DNA from: a virus
Direction: 5' to 3' (one strand)
Virus record (IMG/VR): IMGVR_UViG_3300045988_120652
DNA: 64,000 nucleotides
A program made the translations under genes and the position numbers. Under the pieces are notes generated by a model, which saw only the letters and a program-made list of their open reading frames with translations, was not told the DNA's origin and searched no databases. How positions within the stretch are numbered: the stretch's first letter is position 1; each line of letters opens with the position of its first letter. This document shows positions 54,259 to 62,601 of the stretch, piece after piece.

Positions 54259-54708
54259 TTGCGTATGCCAAAGGTTAGATTTTCTTCGGACATTCAGTCC
54301 ATTTCCGGTAAGTTATGCTCCCGAGAGGGCGTAATTTACAGTGTGAACAAACAGACGGGCGAGACCTACCGTTCCGACCGTCACAGTCATCACGATGCCA
54401 ACACTGCCGAGCAGCAGCAGACTCGCGCCTCCTTCAAAAAGAAGTCGCAGTTTGCGTCTTCTTGGTGGAAGCAGAACCGCCCGTCCGCAACGTCGTCCAA
54501 GGGCACGGAGGCTTACCTCGCCGTGATGAAGGCCTACAAGGCGCAGCACAAAATCGGCAACCCTTACAGCTACATGCGTTCCCTCGTCACCGATGACCTC
54601 AAGGTCATGCTTGCCGGCAACGATATCACGGGTGGCGTGAAGCCCGGCGGCTCCACCACTGAAGGTGGCGGTGGCTCAACGGGCAATCCAGGCGAAGTGG
54701 ATGGATAG
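54259..54708 (+). CDS. Hypothetical basic protein with a Gly-rich tail
   Basis: 149-aa ORF. The C-terminal GGSTTEGGGGSTGNPGEVDG resembles the tail of the HU-like protein at 28380 (GTPGGEVDA). Confidence 0.4.
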   Translation: MRMPKVRFSSDIQSISGKLCSREGVIYSVNKQTGETYRSDRHSHHDANTAEQQQTRASFKKKSQFASSWWKQNRPSATSSKGTEAYLAVMKAYKAQHKIGNPYSYMRSLVTDDLKVMLAGNDITGGVKPGGSTTEGGGGSTGNPGEVDG

Positions 54709-54865
54709 TCCGTCGCACACGCTAAGGCGGTCATTTCCCACGGTAGGCACACGAGGCTTGCCGTGGGATTTTTTGTTTGCTGTAAAGTATGTAAAAGTGT
54801 TGCAAAGATACAAACAATCTTTCATAAAAACAAAGAAAGTCGAAAAGCGTTACCCCCCTATGTTT

Positions 54866-55309
54866 TTACCCTACCCCATTCTTCTCCTCTGCATACCGTG
54901 GAATGTTGGTTACGAGAAAAGCCGTGGCGCAGTTGGGGCATACCAATACCTGACGTGCGTTTTGCGGTTCTTGTGCGAAGAGCGGACCGAGCCGTTCACG
55001 CTCGGCATACTCCTTCAGTTTCTCGAAGCTCACCTTTGGTTCTTCGATGATGGTGCCATCGGGAGCCATGCGATAGAAGAAGTCGCGAGGGTCAACGTCT
55101 ATTGCCCATGCTATCTTATAGATAGTTGACATGTTCGGGTTGCCCGAAATCATTTGCGATACGGCTGCCTTGGTTACGCCCAATCGCTCTGCCACTTCTT
55201 GAAACGATACGCCACTTCGATGCAGCGTCTCCTTGATGTTCAACTCTGTCACGGGGGTATAAGGCTGTATCACCTTGCGTCCGTCCTTCTTAATCTCAAT
55301 ATCTACCAT
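54866..55309 (-). CDS. XRE-family HTH regulator (repressor-like) with a C-terminal CxxC segment
   Basis: GVSFQEVAERLGVTKAAVSQMISGNPNMSTIYKIAWAIDVDPRDFF is a classic XRE HTH. The C-terminus contains VCPNCATAF. Confidence 0.75.
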   Translation of the reverse strand: MVDIEIKKDGRKVIQPYTPVTELNIKETLHRSGVSFQEVAERLGVTKAAVSQMISGNPNMSTIYKIAWAIDVDPRDFFYRMAPDGTIIEEPKVSFEKLKEYAERERLGPLFAQEPQNARQVLVCPNCATAFLVTNIPRYAEEKNGVG

Positions 55310-55699
55310 AATACAGTGTTGTTTTGTTTGTTTGTGTTGTGTATATAATGCAAAGTTAAGGTATTTTATTTTATTGGTCGGACATACTGTGCGTTTCGGG
55401 CGTTTTTGGTTAAGTTTGTTGTAAGAAATAAGCTTTGTGAGTGTAGTTTTTAGTTATTTTTAGGGATAAAATAGCCTTGTTTTTTTTAATAAAATATACC
55501 CTAAGAACATTGTTTTATTTCCCTATGTGTAAAGAGCCGTCTTTGCGTGCAGCCTCCTGCAATCGAATCTAAGTTTCTATTTGATAGAGAATAAGTTAGC
55601 GTTTTCGATGCCGCCGCACAACGGGCAGCAACCACCGCACTGTAACCCATTGGTTTAGTGTCGGTTAGTCAAATCTTACCATATATTCGGACGCACACC

Positions 55700-55925
55700 C
55701 CAGACGGGGCGAGGGTGCACGGCTGGGCACAGAGGGCGCACGGCTCAGGGCGTGAGGCATACCAGACGGGGCGAGGGTGTGGCGGTCGGTGCTCGGCTCC
55801 TGATGTGTCGGCGGTGTTAGCTGTGGATCTTGTGGCGGTCGGTGGCTCTCGTTGTCGGTGCTGTGGATGCCTGAACGGTGGCGAGGTGGTGGGTGGTGGT
55901 GGTTGCCTCTCACCTCTTTTAATAA
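55700..55925 (+). repeat. GC-rich, G-skewed island with short direct repeats in otherwise AT-rich non-coding DNA
   Basis: CCAGACGGGGCGAGGGTG x2 (55700-55717, 55762-55779), GTGGCGGTCGGTG x2 (55778-55790, 55832-55844), GTCGGTGCT x2 and CTGTGGAT x2. The ORFs called here overlap in several frames and are low-complexity. Confidence 0.6.
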
Positions 55926-55996
55926 GCAAGCAAGAAAAAAAATAAATATACTACAAAAAAGTTATATAAAAATTTGGTTGTATAACGTTTTTGTAG

Positions 55997-56004
55997 TACC
56001 TTTG
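55997..56004 (+). promoter_or_regulatory. -7 promoter element TACCTTTG for hicAB
   Basis: TAnnTTTG match 43 nt upstream of ATG 56047. Confidence 0.45.
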
Positions 56005-56046
56005 CAGTGTGTTAATAAAACAAATGTTTAATCAATTAAAAACAAA

Positions 56047-56229
56047 ATGAAATGGAATGAATTAAAAAGACAGGCTTTAAAACATGGTTTCGTACTTGAC
56101 AAGCACGGCAGCAAGCACGATATTTATGTTAATGAAAAAACAGGCGTTACCGTGCAACTTGAAAGACATGGAGCTGCAGAAGCAAAAAAGGGCATCGCCT
56201 TAAAGCTTCGCAAGCAAATAGGATTCTAA
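56047..56229 (+). CDS. hicA: HicA-family mRNA interferase toxin
   Basis: MKWNELKRQALKHGFVLDKHGSKHDIYVNEKTGVTVQLERHG... fits a 60-aa HicA pattern (GFxxxxxxGSxHxxxxxxxxxxxxxxPxH-like). Confidence 0.8.
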   Translation: MKWNELKRQALKHGFVLDKHGSKHDIYVNEKTGVTVQLERHGAAEAKKGIALKLRKQIGF

Positions 56230-56286
56230 CAACAAGGGCGAGGGGGTGGCACTCCTCCCCCTCGCCTTTAAAAAGATATTAAACAG

Positions 56287-56700
56287 ATGAAAGATAATAA
56301 TTTTTTTGTGACCATCGAGAAAGACAGCGACGGCACATTTATAGCGTACAACGTAGACGAAAGCCCCTACACGCTCATAGGGCGAGGGGCTACAGTGAAG
56401 GAAGCAAAGGCAGACTTTGCAAACTCCATGCAGGAAGTAAAGGCAAGCGAGGAGGAAAGGGAAGGCGCAGCCGCTCCCATTCTGTCGGCTGTGCCTGTGT
56501 TTAGCTTCGATCTCTCGTCGCTGTTTGAATATTATTCGATGCTGAACGTGAGCGCCTTTGCGCGCTATCTGGGCATTAACGAGACTTTAATGCGTCAGTA
56601 TAAGAAAGGAAATACATATATTTCTGATGTGCAACTACAAAAGATTGAAGACGGTTTGCACCGTTTAGGGGCTGACTTCCTCGGGCTTCGGCTCGTGTAA
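56287..56700 (+). CDS. hicB: HicB-family antitoxin with a C-terminal HTH
   Basis: FFVTIEKDSDGTFIAYNVDESPYTLIGRGATVKEAKADF fits the HicB N-domain pattern. The C-terminal FARYLGINETLMRQYKKGNTYIS is HTH-like. Confidence 0.7.
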   Translation: MKDNNFFVTIEKDSDGTFIAYNVDESPYTLIGRGATVKEAKADFANSMQEVKASEEEREGAAAPILSAVPVFSFDLSSLFEYYSMLNVSAFARYLGINETLMRQYKKGNTYISDVQLQKIEDGLHRLGADFLGLRLV

Positions 56701-56730
56701 GGGCTGCGCCCTTTCGTTTCATTTCATTTT

Positions 56731-56767
56731 ATCCCGACAAGGTTTTCACCCTGTCGGGATTTTTTTT
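56731..56767. terminator. Bidirectional terminator between hicB and the convergent HTH gene
   Basis: ATCCCGACAAGG-TTTTCA-CCCTGTCGGGAT followed by TTTTTTT. Confidence 0.75.
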
Positions 56768-56772
56768 GCTTT

Positions 56773-57120
56773 TTATTTCTTTGCTTCTTCTTCTCGCTCC
56801 AGCTTCTCAACGATAGCGCGGAGCTGCTGCACGGTGTCGGCGGTGTAGATCTCACAACCTGCACGCACAACACCCACCAAGCCACCACCGCCACCGGCTG
56901 AACGCTGCGCCCTGGCTTGCTTCAGCTCCTCCACAACGGAAGGAGGGGCGAGGAGCTGCCACGGTTCGACATCTAAGGCGGCGGCAATGCGCTCCAGGGT
57001 GGGAAACGAGGGGCGCGAAATTGTGGCGGACACACTGGGACGCGTAACGCCTAAAAGGTCGGCTAAAGCCTGTTGCGTCATGCCCTTTTGTGTTAATATC
57101 TCTTTTATGTATGCTTTCAT
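56773..57120 (-). CDS. XRE-family HTH regulator
   Basis: MKAYIKEILTQKGMTQQALADLLGVTRPSVSATISRPSFPTLERIAAALDVEPWQLL. The start is chosen at the MKAY methionine inside ORF 56773..57171. Confidence 0.75.
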   Translation of the reverse strand: MKAYIKEILTQKGMTQQALADLLGVTRPSVSATISRPSFPTLERIAAALDVEPWQLLAPPSVVEELKQARAQRSAGGGGGLVGVVRAGCEIYTADTVQQLRAIVEKLEREEEAKK

Positions 57121-57237
57121 CTTTTTATTTATTTTGTGCAAAGATACACATATTATATATAAGGTAAACAAGTGTTTACGTTAATTAATGTTTAAGGTAA
57201 AGGAATATTTTCGTATATGTTTGCTTGGTAAAGATAT

Positions 57238-57295
57238 GTTTACTATCTTTACAAGCGAAAACAAATAACAAACAAAAAAATACAAGATTATGAAA
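57238..57295 (+). promoter_or_regulatory. Promoter-leader cassette, copy 1 (TTTACTATCTTTACAAGCGAAAACAAATAACAAAC...TACAAGATTATGAAAG)
   Basis: Near-identical to 58023-58081. It contains TATCTTTA, one mismatch from TAnnTTTG, and ends at the ATG of the 57290 ORF. Confidence 0.5.
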
Positions 57296-57442
57296 GAGAA
57301 AATAAAAGATTTCGGAGAGTTCAACGTTTTTCGCGGTTGCATGGGTTTGTATTTCAATACAAAACAGCTTCGCCCCTTGAAGAAGTACGGTATAACAGCC
57401 GCTACAACGTTAGAAGAAGCATATAACATTATTAACGAATAA
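57290..57442 (+). CDS. Small hypothetical protein (50 aa, below the ORF-track cutoff)
   Basis: MKEKIKDFGEFNVFRGCMGLYFNTKQLRPLKKYGITAATTLEEAYNIINE*. It starts at the same position in the duplicated leader as the 58075 gene. Confidence 0.4.
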   Translation: MKEKIKDFGEFNVFRGCMGLYFNTKQLRPLKKYGITAATTLEEAYNIINE

Positions 57443-57451
57443 TATAGCAAT

Positions 57452-57661
57452 ATGGATTTTAACGAACTTACAACGATTTCGGGGGCGGTTGTCTTCATCA
57501 AACGCCCCGCCCCCTGGAACTGGCAAGCTATAGACGATAAAGGCGTAATTTGTGCAGCTCCTACAAAAAGAGAGTGCCAGCGCAAAGTAAATGTAATGCG
57601 CAAGGCTGGGCGTTATTCTCCATCCTTGGATAAATCAACGTGTAAAGGCTTCCCGCAATGA
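57452..57661 (+). CDS. Small hypothetical protein
   Basis: 69-aa ORF. Its 3' end overlaps the convergent HTH gene. Confidence 0.4.
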   Translation: MDFNELTTISGAVVFIKRPAPWNWQAIDDKGVICAAPTKRECQRKVNVMRKAGRYSPSLDKSTCKGFPQ

Positions 57662-57897
57662 GGACACACAAGGCGCACGCCTTGCCCCGTCTCTTGCGGT
57701 GTGCTGGCTGCAACCTCTTCAGGGCTGGCAAAAAGTTGCCACATCGGAATATTAAGCACGGCCGCCCACTTCTCTAACGTGGGATATGATGGCGTTTTGA
57801 TTTGCTGATACAAACCGACTGGAGAGATACCGAGCAGGGCGGCGAACTCCTTTTGCGTAATATTTCGCTCTTTTAGTATTTGCTTTATCCTATTCAT
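57613..57897 (-). CDS. XRE-family HTH regulator with a C-terminal CxxC segment
   Basis: MNRIKQILKERNITQKEFAALLGISPVGLYQQIKTPSYPTLEKWAAVLNIPMWQLF, then ...LVCPHCGKPLHV. Confidence 0.75.
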   Translation of the reverse strand: MNRIKQILKERNITQKEFAALLGISPVGLYQQIKTPSYPTLEKWAAVLNIPMWQLFASPEEVAASTPQETGQGVRLVCPHCGKPLHVDLSKDGE

Positions 57898-58022
57898 AAT
57901 ATATAATATTAGTATTTGGTATTGCAAAAGTATATAAAATATTAAAAGTATATAGTATATACTTAGTTAATAAGTATCAAATGTATAGTGTTTTCTATTG
58001 TTTTATTTTGTTATACTAAGTA

Positions 58023-58081
58023 TTTACTATATCTTTGCAAGCGTAAACAAATAACAAAACAAAAATACAAGATTATGAAAG
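58023..58081 (+). promoter_or_regulatory. Promoter-leader cassette, copy 2, with a perfect -7 element TATCTTTG (58030-58037)
   Basis: TTTACTATATCTTTGCAAGCGTAAACAAATAACAAAACAAAAATACAAGATTATGAAAG. Confidence 0.55.
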
Positions 58082-60414
58082 CAACATTTAATGAAATCAT
58101 CGAGAACTTAGTAAAAGTATTAACCGACAAGGCCGAGAGCGCACAGTATTACAGCGATAACGAGCAATATATTTGCCTGTGCGGATGGTGTGGCATCATG
58201 TCGCCCGTATCTCGCCCGGCATACGTTAAGACATTCGGCAAGGACACAACCGAGGAAGCCGAGGCCAAGGCCCGCGAGATCATCGCCAAGAAGGAGGCAG
58301 CACGCCAGCGCACCAAGTACGCAGAGCACGCACGCGAAGCCGACAACCTCGAAGGAGTGCCCGCCGTTGGTGGCTTTTTCTGGGCAGATAATAGCGGGCT
58401 AAAGTGTGACGGAGGCCGCGGCCTATTCGAGGAGCTGCACGCCCTCAACTACTACACACACGCAGCCGAGAAGCCCGCCCGCTTGTGCTGCGTTGAGCAA
58501 ATTATAAAAGTATCTGATGAAGATCTTGCACGCCCTGGACTCGCCGACGAGCTTGTAACACGTTACAACCTTCAGGGCTTCGCACGCTCTGAGGATGTGA
58601 ACGAAGATGATAACACATATAACGACGACCCCGAGAAATTGGCAACCTTTTACACCGTTGGCGCTCTCGTTGTGTCGCCGTCGGGCAAATACTACCTAAT
58701 CGACTCCGAGGGCTACAACTACGCCCGTTATATTTACGTCCCTATCGAATGGCCCGTAATGCTCGCCGACGAGGTGGCAAGCGTCAAGGCAGAGGAAGAA
58801 GCACGCAAGGCAGAAGAGGAGCGCCAGGCAGCAGAGGAGAAGGCGCAGCGCCTCGCTGAGTATCGCGCACGCTGTGCGAAGTGGTCGCCCCTTATGCGTA
58901 ACGTGGAGGAAATGGAGCAGGACGGCACAGCAACCGCCCGAAAGATAGACAACGCTCGAAAGGCTAATATATTGGCCATGTGTGCCGCTGCCTTCCCCGG
59001 TGTCAAGTTCTCCGTATCTGTTCGCCGTGGCTGGGGTGCCGATTTTGAATTAACATGGACCGACGGCCCGACGGTTGAAGAGTTCAACGAAAAAACCGAC
59101 CTTAATTTGTTTTGCAGCCGTCGCGACACATTCGACGGCTGGGACGATTCAACCGATGTTATTTTCTCCGAGTTTTCCTACTTCGCACGCCTGACGATGG
59201 GCAGCAACGGCGGAAACGTTAAGACCATCCGCGAAATGTCGGACGAGGCACGCGCCGAACTGTTGGCGCAGATCTTCGAGGCCGTGCCAGCTGCCAACAA
59301 CCGCGACAAATACGGCTATACAGTAGCGTACACCTACACCAACAAGGAGGCCGAGGCAGTGGCCGCAGCCTTAGGCGTGGACGTGTTCGACATCTTCGCG
59401 CACGGCTACACCGAGAACGCCGAGACCATCGCCCGCCGTGCCTGGAATGTGCGCAGCTACACCAAGACCACAACGCCAGAGCCTACCGACCCGAAGCCGG
59501 GCAAGGCTCAGGCGAAGGCGACCGAGCAGACCGAAGCCGCACCCGCTCAGGATGCAGCACAGACCGACGACGCACCCGCCGAAGGTCTGGAGCTGGTAGA
59601 GACCGCCGAGGGCGTGGCAGTGATAGGCGACAGCCGCACGACATACCGCAACCGCAAGGCGATAAAAGCACACGGCGCACGATGGAACAAGACCGCGCAG
59701 CAGTGGCAAGCAAGCGAGCCGGAGGCCGTGGCACGTCTGCGCGAGTGGTTCGGGGTATCAACTACCCCGACCGTTGAAGAAGGCGACACAACCAACGAGA
59801 GCGAGCCGCAGGACGAGCACACACACACCACCGAGAGCGACAGCACAACCGCCCAGACTGCCGCAGATGCTACGTTATACGAGGCCGACGAAATCACGGC
59901 AACCGCACCGACCGACACCGCCGAAGACTTTGCGGACGTGCTGGCAGCCGACCGCCTGAAACTGTTGCGCAGTGCTGCCGCTGACTTTGACCGACTGACA
60001 CAAGCCGGGGAGCATGTAGCCGCAGTAAATGCGCGGCTTTCCGCCCTCTTTGCGTGTGGCGTGGACGTTGCCGACCTCGTGCGGCTTCACGACTACAAGG
60101 CCGACTATTACGCGCGACAGCGTGCCGCCGTAGTGCTCACGGCTGACGAGTTCCGCACGTTGTACGGTTGCAGCAAGGAGCACGCCGAGGACTGCGGCAG
60201 GGTGTGGCAGTTCGCACGGGGAACGTATAACGCCATCGACTACGAATTGCACGAAATTCGAGAGTTTGGCGGGGTTTATAGTATCGTGTTTAATTTATGC
60301 GAGCTATTCCCCGAGGGTTCCTTTTCTGTTAGTTATAACACCTACGAAGAAGCTGCGGCGAAACTTGAAAAACTTCGCCCTGGTGTGCGACTGATTGCCG
60401 AACCTGCGGCATAA
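58075..60414 (+). CDS. Large early protein (779 aa) with an Ala/Glu-rich coiled segment and a DUF5710-like module
   Basis: The start is set by the duplicated leader. SRTTYRNRKAIKAHGARWNKTAQQWQA resembles the KxxAKxLGARWDxxxKxW module found at the ends of some primase/topoisomerase-type proteins. Function unknown. Confidence 0.55.
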   Translation: MKATFNEIIENLVKVLTDKAESAQYYSDNEQYICLCGWCGIMSPVSRPAYVKTFGKDTTEEAEAKAREIIAKKEAARQRTKYAEHAREADNLEGVPAVGGFFWADNSGLKCDGGRGLFEELHALNYYTHAAEKPARLCCVEQIIKVSDEDLARPGLADELVTRYNLQGFARSEDVNEDDNTYNDDPEKLATFYTVGALVVSPSGKYYLIDSEGYNYARYIYVPIEWPVMLADEVASVKAEEEARKAEEERQAAEEKAQRLAEYRARCAKWSPLMRNVEEMEQDGTATARKIDNARKANILAMCAAAFPGVKFSVSVRRGWGADFELTWTDGPTVEEFNEKTDLNLFCSRRDTFDGWDDSTDVIFSEFSYFARLTMGSNGGNVKTIREMSDEARAELLAQIFEAVPAANNRDKYGYTVAYTYTNKEAEAVAAALGVDVFDIFAHGYTENAETIARRAWNVRSYTKTTTPEPTDPKPGKAQAKATEQTEAAPAQDAAQTDDAPAEGLELVETAEGVAVIGDSRTTYRNRKAIKAHGARWNKTAQQWQASEPEAVARLREWFGVSTTPTVEEGDTTNESEPQDEHTHTTESDSTTAQTAADATLYEADEITATAPTDTAEDFADVLAADRLKLLRSAAADFDRLTQAGEHVAAVNARLSALFACGVDVADLVRLHDYKADYYARQRAAVVLTADEFRTLYGCSKEHAEDCGRVWQFARGTYNAIDYELHEIREFGGVYSIVFNLCELFPEGSFSVSYNTYEEAAAKLEKLRPGVRLIAEPAA

Positions 60415-60430
60415 ACTCCTATATTATAGC

Positions 60431-60459
60431 GTGTGCGAAATATTGAGGATTCCGCACAC
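60431..60459 (+). terminator. Hairpin after the large early gene
   Basis: GTGTGCG-(15 nt)-CGCACAC with no clear T-run. It is flanked by two CCTATATTATAG motifs. Confidence 0.4.
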
Positions 60460-60509
60460 GCTCGAGAAAGAAACCCTATATTATAGAATCCTTAGAACAT
60501 TAGAAAATT

Positions 60510-60779
60510 ATGGCAAATCACAATCCAGTTATAACAAACACCCTCCCTACATGGGTATTTATTCAGTCCACAGCATCAGGCAACTATCGCCACGAAATTC
60601 AGCGCGTGCCTTCTGGCTTCATGGTGTTCGTCAACGTGAGCGACGAGAACGGCGGTGGCTGCTCCTTTCCTCAGAAGTTCGCCACCTATCAGGCAGCATT
60701 TGAAATGCTTGTGCACTTTCGCCCTGGCTCAAAGCTCACGGAGCGAATCAACGGAGCCGGCGACATCAAAATTTATTAA
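60510..60779 (+). CDS. Hypothetical early protein
   Basis: 89-aa ORF preceded by CCTATATTATAG (60475-60486). Confidence 0.45.
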   Translation: MANHNPVITNTLPTWVFIQSTASGNYRHEIQRVPSGFMVFVNVSDENGGGCSFPQKFATYQAAFEMLVHFRPGSKLTERINGAGDIKIY

Positions 60780-60815
60780 ACCTATATTATAGACCCTATA
60801 AAATATTGAGGACTT

Positions 60816-61100
60816 ATGAAACGAGTATATATATTAAACACTTGCGATGAATGGAAATCGTGGAGTTCATTCCATCTTTATGGTATCTGGGCATCTTCTA
60901 AGGCTGGCACCCGTCGTCTTTTAAATGCTATTATTGCAGGCATTGAAAAATACTATTTTTCGTATGAAGACAAGTATATGGATATAGCGCAACAAATAGA
61001 AAGTTTGCGTGAAGATGCAAAAACAGATTGCAACACCTTTTATTCTCTTTTGCAGAGTAAATTGATTTACGGATCAATCGAATTGGTGGAGATTCAGTAA
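60816..61100 (+). CDS. Hypothetical early protein
   Basis: 94-aa ORF preceded by CCTATATTATAG (60781-60792). Confidence 0.45.
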   Translation: MKRVYILNTCDEWKSWSSFHLYGIWASSKAGTRRLLNAIIAGIEKYYFSYEDKYMDIAQQIESLREDAKTDCNTFYSLLQSKLIYGSIELVEIQ

Positions 61101-61153
61101 TAACGAAGCATTGACATTTTAATACTTTATAGAATCGTATTTTTTGTTTTTAG

Positions 61154-61236
61154 GCTGTTGGCGGTCCGTGAGGATAGCCACAGCACACCGCCCGCACGGA
61201 TGGCACGTGGACGAGGTTCGACTCCTTGTCGGGCGA
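61154..61236 (+). ncRNA. Structured element copy 1: GNRA-loop hairpin (61154-61184) plus tRNA-like acceptor/T-arm minihelix (61189-61236)
   Basis: Acceptor-like stem CGCCCG/CGGGCG (61189-61194 / 61230-35). Inner hairpin CACG-GATGGCA-CGTG. T-arm CGAGG-TTCGACT-CCTTG (61212-61228). There is no D arm or anticodon arm. Confidence 0.4.
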
Positions 61237-61269
61237 CTATGTTATAAACCCTATAAAAAATTAGACGAT

Positions 61270-61551
61270 ATGAAAGCAACAGTAACAACACCGACCGCGC
61301 CAGACGTGAGCGCAGCGGACGTGGCAAGATCTCTCGGCAGATGCCTGGCGCTCTGCCTTATGTTCCTCTTGCAGTGTATGGCGAAAGCCTTCGGATTGGC
61401 ACAGCGTGCAGTATTGAGCGTGTGTCAGTGGCTTAATACTCGCCACAACTTCACCGACCAGGAAGACCCTTTGATTATGACCGGATGGCAATATCTCGGC
61501 TTTGGTGTGATGGTAATGTTCGTGGCAACAGTAATCTCTATTAAATGGTAA
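61270..61551 (+). CDS. Small membrane protein
   Basis: Start at MKATVTT, an internal ATG of ORF 61144..61551 whose upstream part reads through the structured element. Two hydrophobic segments. Confidence 0.45.
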   Translation: MKATVTTPTAPDVSAADVARSLGRCLALCLMFLLQCMAKAFGLAQRAVLSVCQWLNTRHNFTDQEDPLIMTGWQYLGFGVMVMFVATVISIKW

Positions 61552-61602
61552 AAAAGCCCCTCAAGGGTGTCCTATTATAGAACATTAAAAATACTAAGGA
61601 TT

Positions 61603-62226
61603 ATGGCAAAGATATTTGTGGACGAGACTGTAGGTAATTTGCAAAGTTTTGTTGGATTCTATGATTCAATCTGGAGCCCAGATGATGAATTATATTATGA
61701 GTGCGTAGAAGAAGATCTGAAGGAGGATGTTGATTTTACCTTCGACTATAAGCAGTATCAGAACGACATCTGCAAAGCATATACGGAGGTCTGGGAATTG
61801 TGGATGCAGGAGTTTATCAGCGACGATATAGAACTGGAGTTCGTAGAGGTTCACAGTCCACGATACTACAATTTCGAAAATGATTCTTGTCGCGTAAAAA
61901 TTAGCTTGACACAGGCTGCGGAGGATGCTATTATAGCCAAGATAGAACAACACCGCAATCAGCTGGCCAAGTGGATAAAGAAGAACCACACAAGCTATGA
62001 TGGCTTCTTTTCTAATCTATCCAACGACATCGATCAGTGGCCCATTCGTTTATTTGACAACGATGAAACTTTTCAGTCTGCCTATCTCTTTTGTATGCTC
62101 TATTATATTGTTAAGGCAGAATATATAGCGACAGGAGAAACTGAAAGTCTTGAATACGAGGCATGCGGTCGCATACGTAAAGATATTAGCGTAACTTCAT
62201 ATATGAAGGATATAAAAGTTGCTTGA
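61603..62226 (+). CDS. Hypothetical early protein
   Basis: Start at MAKIFVDE, preceded by CCTATTATAG (61571-61580). Confidence 0.5.
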   Translation: MAKIFVDETVGNLQSFVGFYDSIWSPDDELYYECVEEDLKEDVDFTFDYKQYQNDICKAYTEVWELWMQEFISDDIELEFVEVHSPRYYNFENDSCRVKISLTQAAEDAIIAKIEQHRNQLAKWIKKNHTSYDGFFSNLSNDIDQWPIRLFDNDETFQSAYLFCMLYYIVKAEYIATGETESLEYEACGRIRKDISVTSYMKDIKVA

Positions 62227-62490
62227 TTGTATGAAAACATCCAGTACAATTCATTCCTTCCTGCTCAGTGAGCAGGAAGGATACGCTCCTCACGGCTCAG
62301 GAACGCCCCTGAAGCGTGTTGCAGGTTATACCCACCACTCCGGCAGACTTCGATCGCACGGTGGCAGCTCTCAAGGAGCGAGGCATGATAGCCCATCACG
62401 ATACCGACCGCACATTCTGCATCATCCACCTGGCAAGCGGCGACCACGACGGGAAGCACCCAGAACGGCACATTGCCATCACCTATTACA

Positions 62491-62569
62491 GGCGGTCCGC
62501 GAGGATAGCCACAGCACAACGCCCACCACGGCAAGGCGTGGCACCAGGTTCGAGTTCCTGAATGGGCGA
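62491..62569 (+). ncRNA. Structured element copy 2: hairpin (62491-62510) plus tRNA-like minihelix (62520-62569)
   Basis: Acceptor-like stem CGCCCA/TGGGCG. Relative to copy 1, G-C is replaced by A-T at the same pair. Inner hairpin CCACG-GCAAGG-CGTGG. T-arm-like CAGG-TTCGAGTT-CCTG. The 3' flank GGGCGACTATGTTATAAACCCTATAAAAA is identical to copy 1. Confidence 0.4.
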
Positions 62570-62601
62570 CTATGTTATAAACCCTATAAAAATTAAGCAA
62601 T

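Noticed and set aside
55658-55945. ORFs 55658..55945 (+), 55665..55913 (-) and 55669..55929 (-) as genes
   Set aside because: Three mutually overlapping frames lie in a G-skewed repeat island. Their translations are Pro/Arg/Gly low-complexity strings. The island is treated as a non-coding repeat instead.
61144-61269. The N-terminal extension of ORF 61144..61551, and ORFs 62219..62596 / 62316..62561 across structured-element copy 2
   Set aside because: These frames read straight through the conserved hairpin plus tRNA-like minihelix, which is conserved at nucleotide level between copies in different frames. For 61144 the internal ATG at 61270 follows the shared upstream motif. The first ~55 codons of 62316..62561 (VIPTTPADFDRTVAALKERGMIAHHDTDRTFCIIHL...) look protein-like, so a short real gene ending near 62480 cannot be excluded.
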